Positions 61,390-64,000 of a stretch of 64,000 nucleotides of DNA are shown here, piece by piece. The DNA is from Macrostomum lignano (Eukaryota): assembly GCA_002269645.1 (NCBI GenBank), contig NIVC01000836.1, positions 6,681 through 70,680 on the forward strand, read 5' to 3'. Both the position numbers and the translations under genes were made by a program. Below the pieces are notes generated by a model. It was given only the letters and a program-made list of their open reading frames with translations, ran no database searches and was not told the DNA's origin. Within the stretch, counting starts at the first letter, position 1; the number at the start of each line of letters is the position of its first letter.

Positions 61390-61994
61390 GACCATCAGTA
61401 GTGCAGAAGCATCGAGTCGGAATGCAATGAAGTCTGGGTAATAAAACTATTTCTAATGTTGCTTTTGTCTAATGGCAGCCTGTTTATTGCCGCTATTAAC
61501 AGTAATACTAAATGCTATGCCTTAATAGTACATAATGTACGCTCGTCCTTATAACTTGGAACTTTAGTGTGTACAAGTATCAGAATTTTCATACTGTCTC
61601 ATACTATTATATAAGCTAGTTTGTTGTCTCATAATTTCACATCTTCAAGTTCTAGTTCTTATCTTGTAGCCTTTTTAATAAAACAGCTTCTGCTCACAAT
61701 TATAAGGCAACACAAAACTGCGTGTCCCGTAGCCATTGTGGACCCGTTTGTAAGGGGGAAGTGCATTTTTTAACAATACCCCATCATTAATAAGCAGTGT
61801 TACAATAAATACCTACTTGTGCGAGACTGCGCATCCAAATAAGCTGATTGCTTTGTTTGAAATGCTAATTTTGTACCCAGAGTCAGCTGACTTTGTCAAT
61901 TTTATATACAAGTAGTTATTGGCACTATTGTGCAAAGCTCTGAGGTGACACTCTCATTCTCCTCCTTATGAGCCGTTTATTCCCTGTCAACTTC

Positions 61995-62655
61995 TTAACT
62001 GATCCTCGTGTTGATCCCTCCCAGATCCTTATAATCCTCATGTTGATACCCTCCAAAATCCTCAGCAATCCTCAGGTGTTGATCCCCTCCTGACTCCTCA
62101 TCGATCCTCAGGTGTTGATCCACTCCCAAATCCTCATCGATCCTCAGGTGTTGATCCCCTCCCAAATCCTCATCGATCCTTAGGTGTTGATCCCCTCCCA
62201 AATCCTCATCAATCCTCATGTTGATCCCCTCCCAAATCCTCATCAATCCTTAAGTGTTGATCCCCTCCCAAATCCTCATCAATCCTCATGTTGATCCCCT
62301 CCCAAATCCTCATCAATCCTTAAGTGTTGATCCCCTCCCAAATCCTCATCAATCCTCATGTTGATCCCCTCCTAAATCCTCATCAATCCTCATGTTGATC
62401 CTCTCCCAAATCCTCATCGATCCTCATGTTGATCCCCTCCCAAATCCCATCAATCCGCAGGTGTTGATCCCCTCCTAAATCCTCATCAATCCTCATGTTG
62501 ATCCCCTCCCAAATCCTCATCGATCCTCATGTTGATCCCCTCCCAAATCCCCATCAATCCGCAGGTGTTGATCCCCTTCCCAAATCCTCATCGATCTTCA
62601 GGTGTTGATCCCCTCTTAAATCCACATCAATTCTCATGTTGATCCCCTCCCAATG
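61995..62655. repeat. 34-36-bp minisatellite (ATCCTCAGGTGTTGATCCCCTCCCAAATCCTCATC)n
   Basis: Direct inspection. Confidence 0.92.
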
Positions 62656-63434
62656 GATCCCATAAATCTCAAATGTATTTTTGTACCTGCTTTTGAATGA
62701 AAAAGCAAAATAATTAAAACCAGATGGTGTTTTTAAGTGATCTGAAAATGGCAAAGGTCTGTTTATTGTGTAATTTTATACAACATATCAGGTTTTCCTG
62801 TACTTAATAAGGTAAGAGCTTTTACAATAAAATTCAGTATTTAAAACACACGGAAGCACACACTGTGCATAGAAAACAAGTTTAAATGTACCTATAACGT
62901 GTTGCTTGAACTGCAATCGAATACTGCCTTGTGGTTTAAAGTAAAAAATTGACTACAGTATATAGTCGCAGCATTTCAGTATGTTATGGGGAGAATTGTT
63001 TCGGGTATAAGTGCACAGTAATAAGGGGAATTAAAAGGAAGTACATGTACTAAGACGTTGACTATATCCTCTTGCCACGATAGTCACTTAGCTTTCACGC
63101 GAACCTGTCGATAAGCTGATGAAGCACCGCAACAGCCGTTAGAACCGAGACGGCCGTCAGAGCGACATTGGCCGAGATGACTGACGCCGGACTGCACTCT
63201 CTGTCCTCCTGCGAGAGAATATGAGCGTAATTTGCAGATGAGATAATGCGATATATAATGTCTCTGAGTTTCTATACAAGCTGACCCATTAAATTAGCAT
63301 CTTCATCTTGTTTGAAGCTATGCCCAAATCCAGGTTGCGTGTTGCACAGCGAGCAAGAGAAATGGAGGTGGGTGCCCTACTAGCCTCCAGCCAGGCCGAT
63401 AAACAACAGTTTGGGCTTTCTTCTTGTCCGCTTG

Positions 63435-63665
63435 TGTCTGATTTCGACCTCTCTCCTTTCTGCTCTCTCATTGGCTGAGCTAGATTTGGCCTGCCCCCCT
63501 AGGCTGAGTTTCGTCGTCTGACTTTGACCTCTCCTTATTGCTCTCTCATTGGCTAAGCTGGGCCTGCCCCCACCCCTAGGCCTAGTTTCGTCCGTCTGAC
63601 CCTGACCTCTCCAGCTCCTTGCTGCTCTCTCATTGGCTGAGCTTGATTTGGCCTTCCCCCAGAGT
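63435..63665. repeat. Degenerate tandem repeat of about 70-80 bp, 3 copies, each with CTCTCTCATTGGCT
   Basis: TGCTCTCTCATTGGCT recurs near 63461, 63539 and 63623. Confidence 0.75.
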
Positions 63666-64000
63666 TTCGTTTATCCTGCGCTCACTTGTATACATCGAGT
63701 TCAATGCTTGCTGTTCATTTTTCGTTCCTGAGGCCACAAACTCCCGAGGAAGGAAAGGAAATTTCAAGCTGCTACATTAAATTTAAATGACACTACGCAG
63801 ACAAACTACTGAGAGCTTATATAACTTTTGACAACTTTAATTGCATAATTGCATAACATATCAGGTTTTTTATCTATTAGCTGTGGCATCAAAATGCAGA
63901 TTCACTTTTTCAAGCAATTACTCGAATTTGGTTTCTAAGAATCTCAGGTAATTTAGCCCAAATCTTCATCTCAAATAAGTCCGCTCAATTGCAGAATATT

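Overview
This is eukaryotic (metazoan) genomic DNA. Short, GC-rich, Ala/Gln-rich GT-AG exons sit in AT-rich DNA, and roughly 40-45% of the window is made of about 25 different minisatellite or low-complexity arrays. The style suggests a free-living flatworm such as Macrostomum, but that is inference only. Most long ORFs in the supplied track are repeat artefacts. Spliced models built by hand, with every intron phase checked, give the following. (1) The 3' exon of an unidentified + strand gene. (2) A tandem cluster of three 5-exon, minus-strand, single-pass membrane protein genes, here called A, B and C. Each has a signal peptide, a basic Gly/Ser/Arg segment, a six-cysteine CX/Shisa-like domain, a TM helix and a cytoplasmic tail; A and B carry PPxY motifs. 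(3) A compact 5-finger RREB1/hindsight-like gene with a decayed P-superfamily THAP transposon (36-bp TIRs, 7-bp TSD) 339 bp upstream of its ATG. (4) ZMAT2, which lacks an obvious cis start codon. (5) A CCSER-like coiled-coil gene with a solo LTR and a MITE in its introns. (6) API5. The most striking observations are the CX/Shisa-like cluster, the 272/276-nt identity confined to the ectodomain exon of paralogs A and B, and intronic minisatellites built from AP-1 consensus sites in those same two genes. No rRNA, tRNA or CRISPR array was found.
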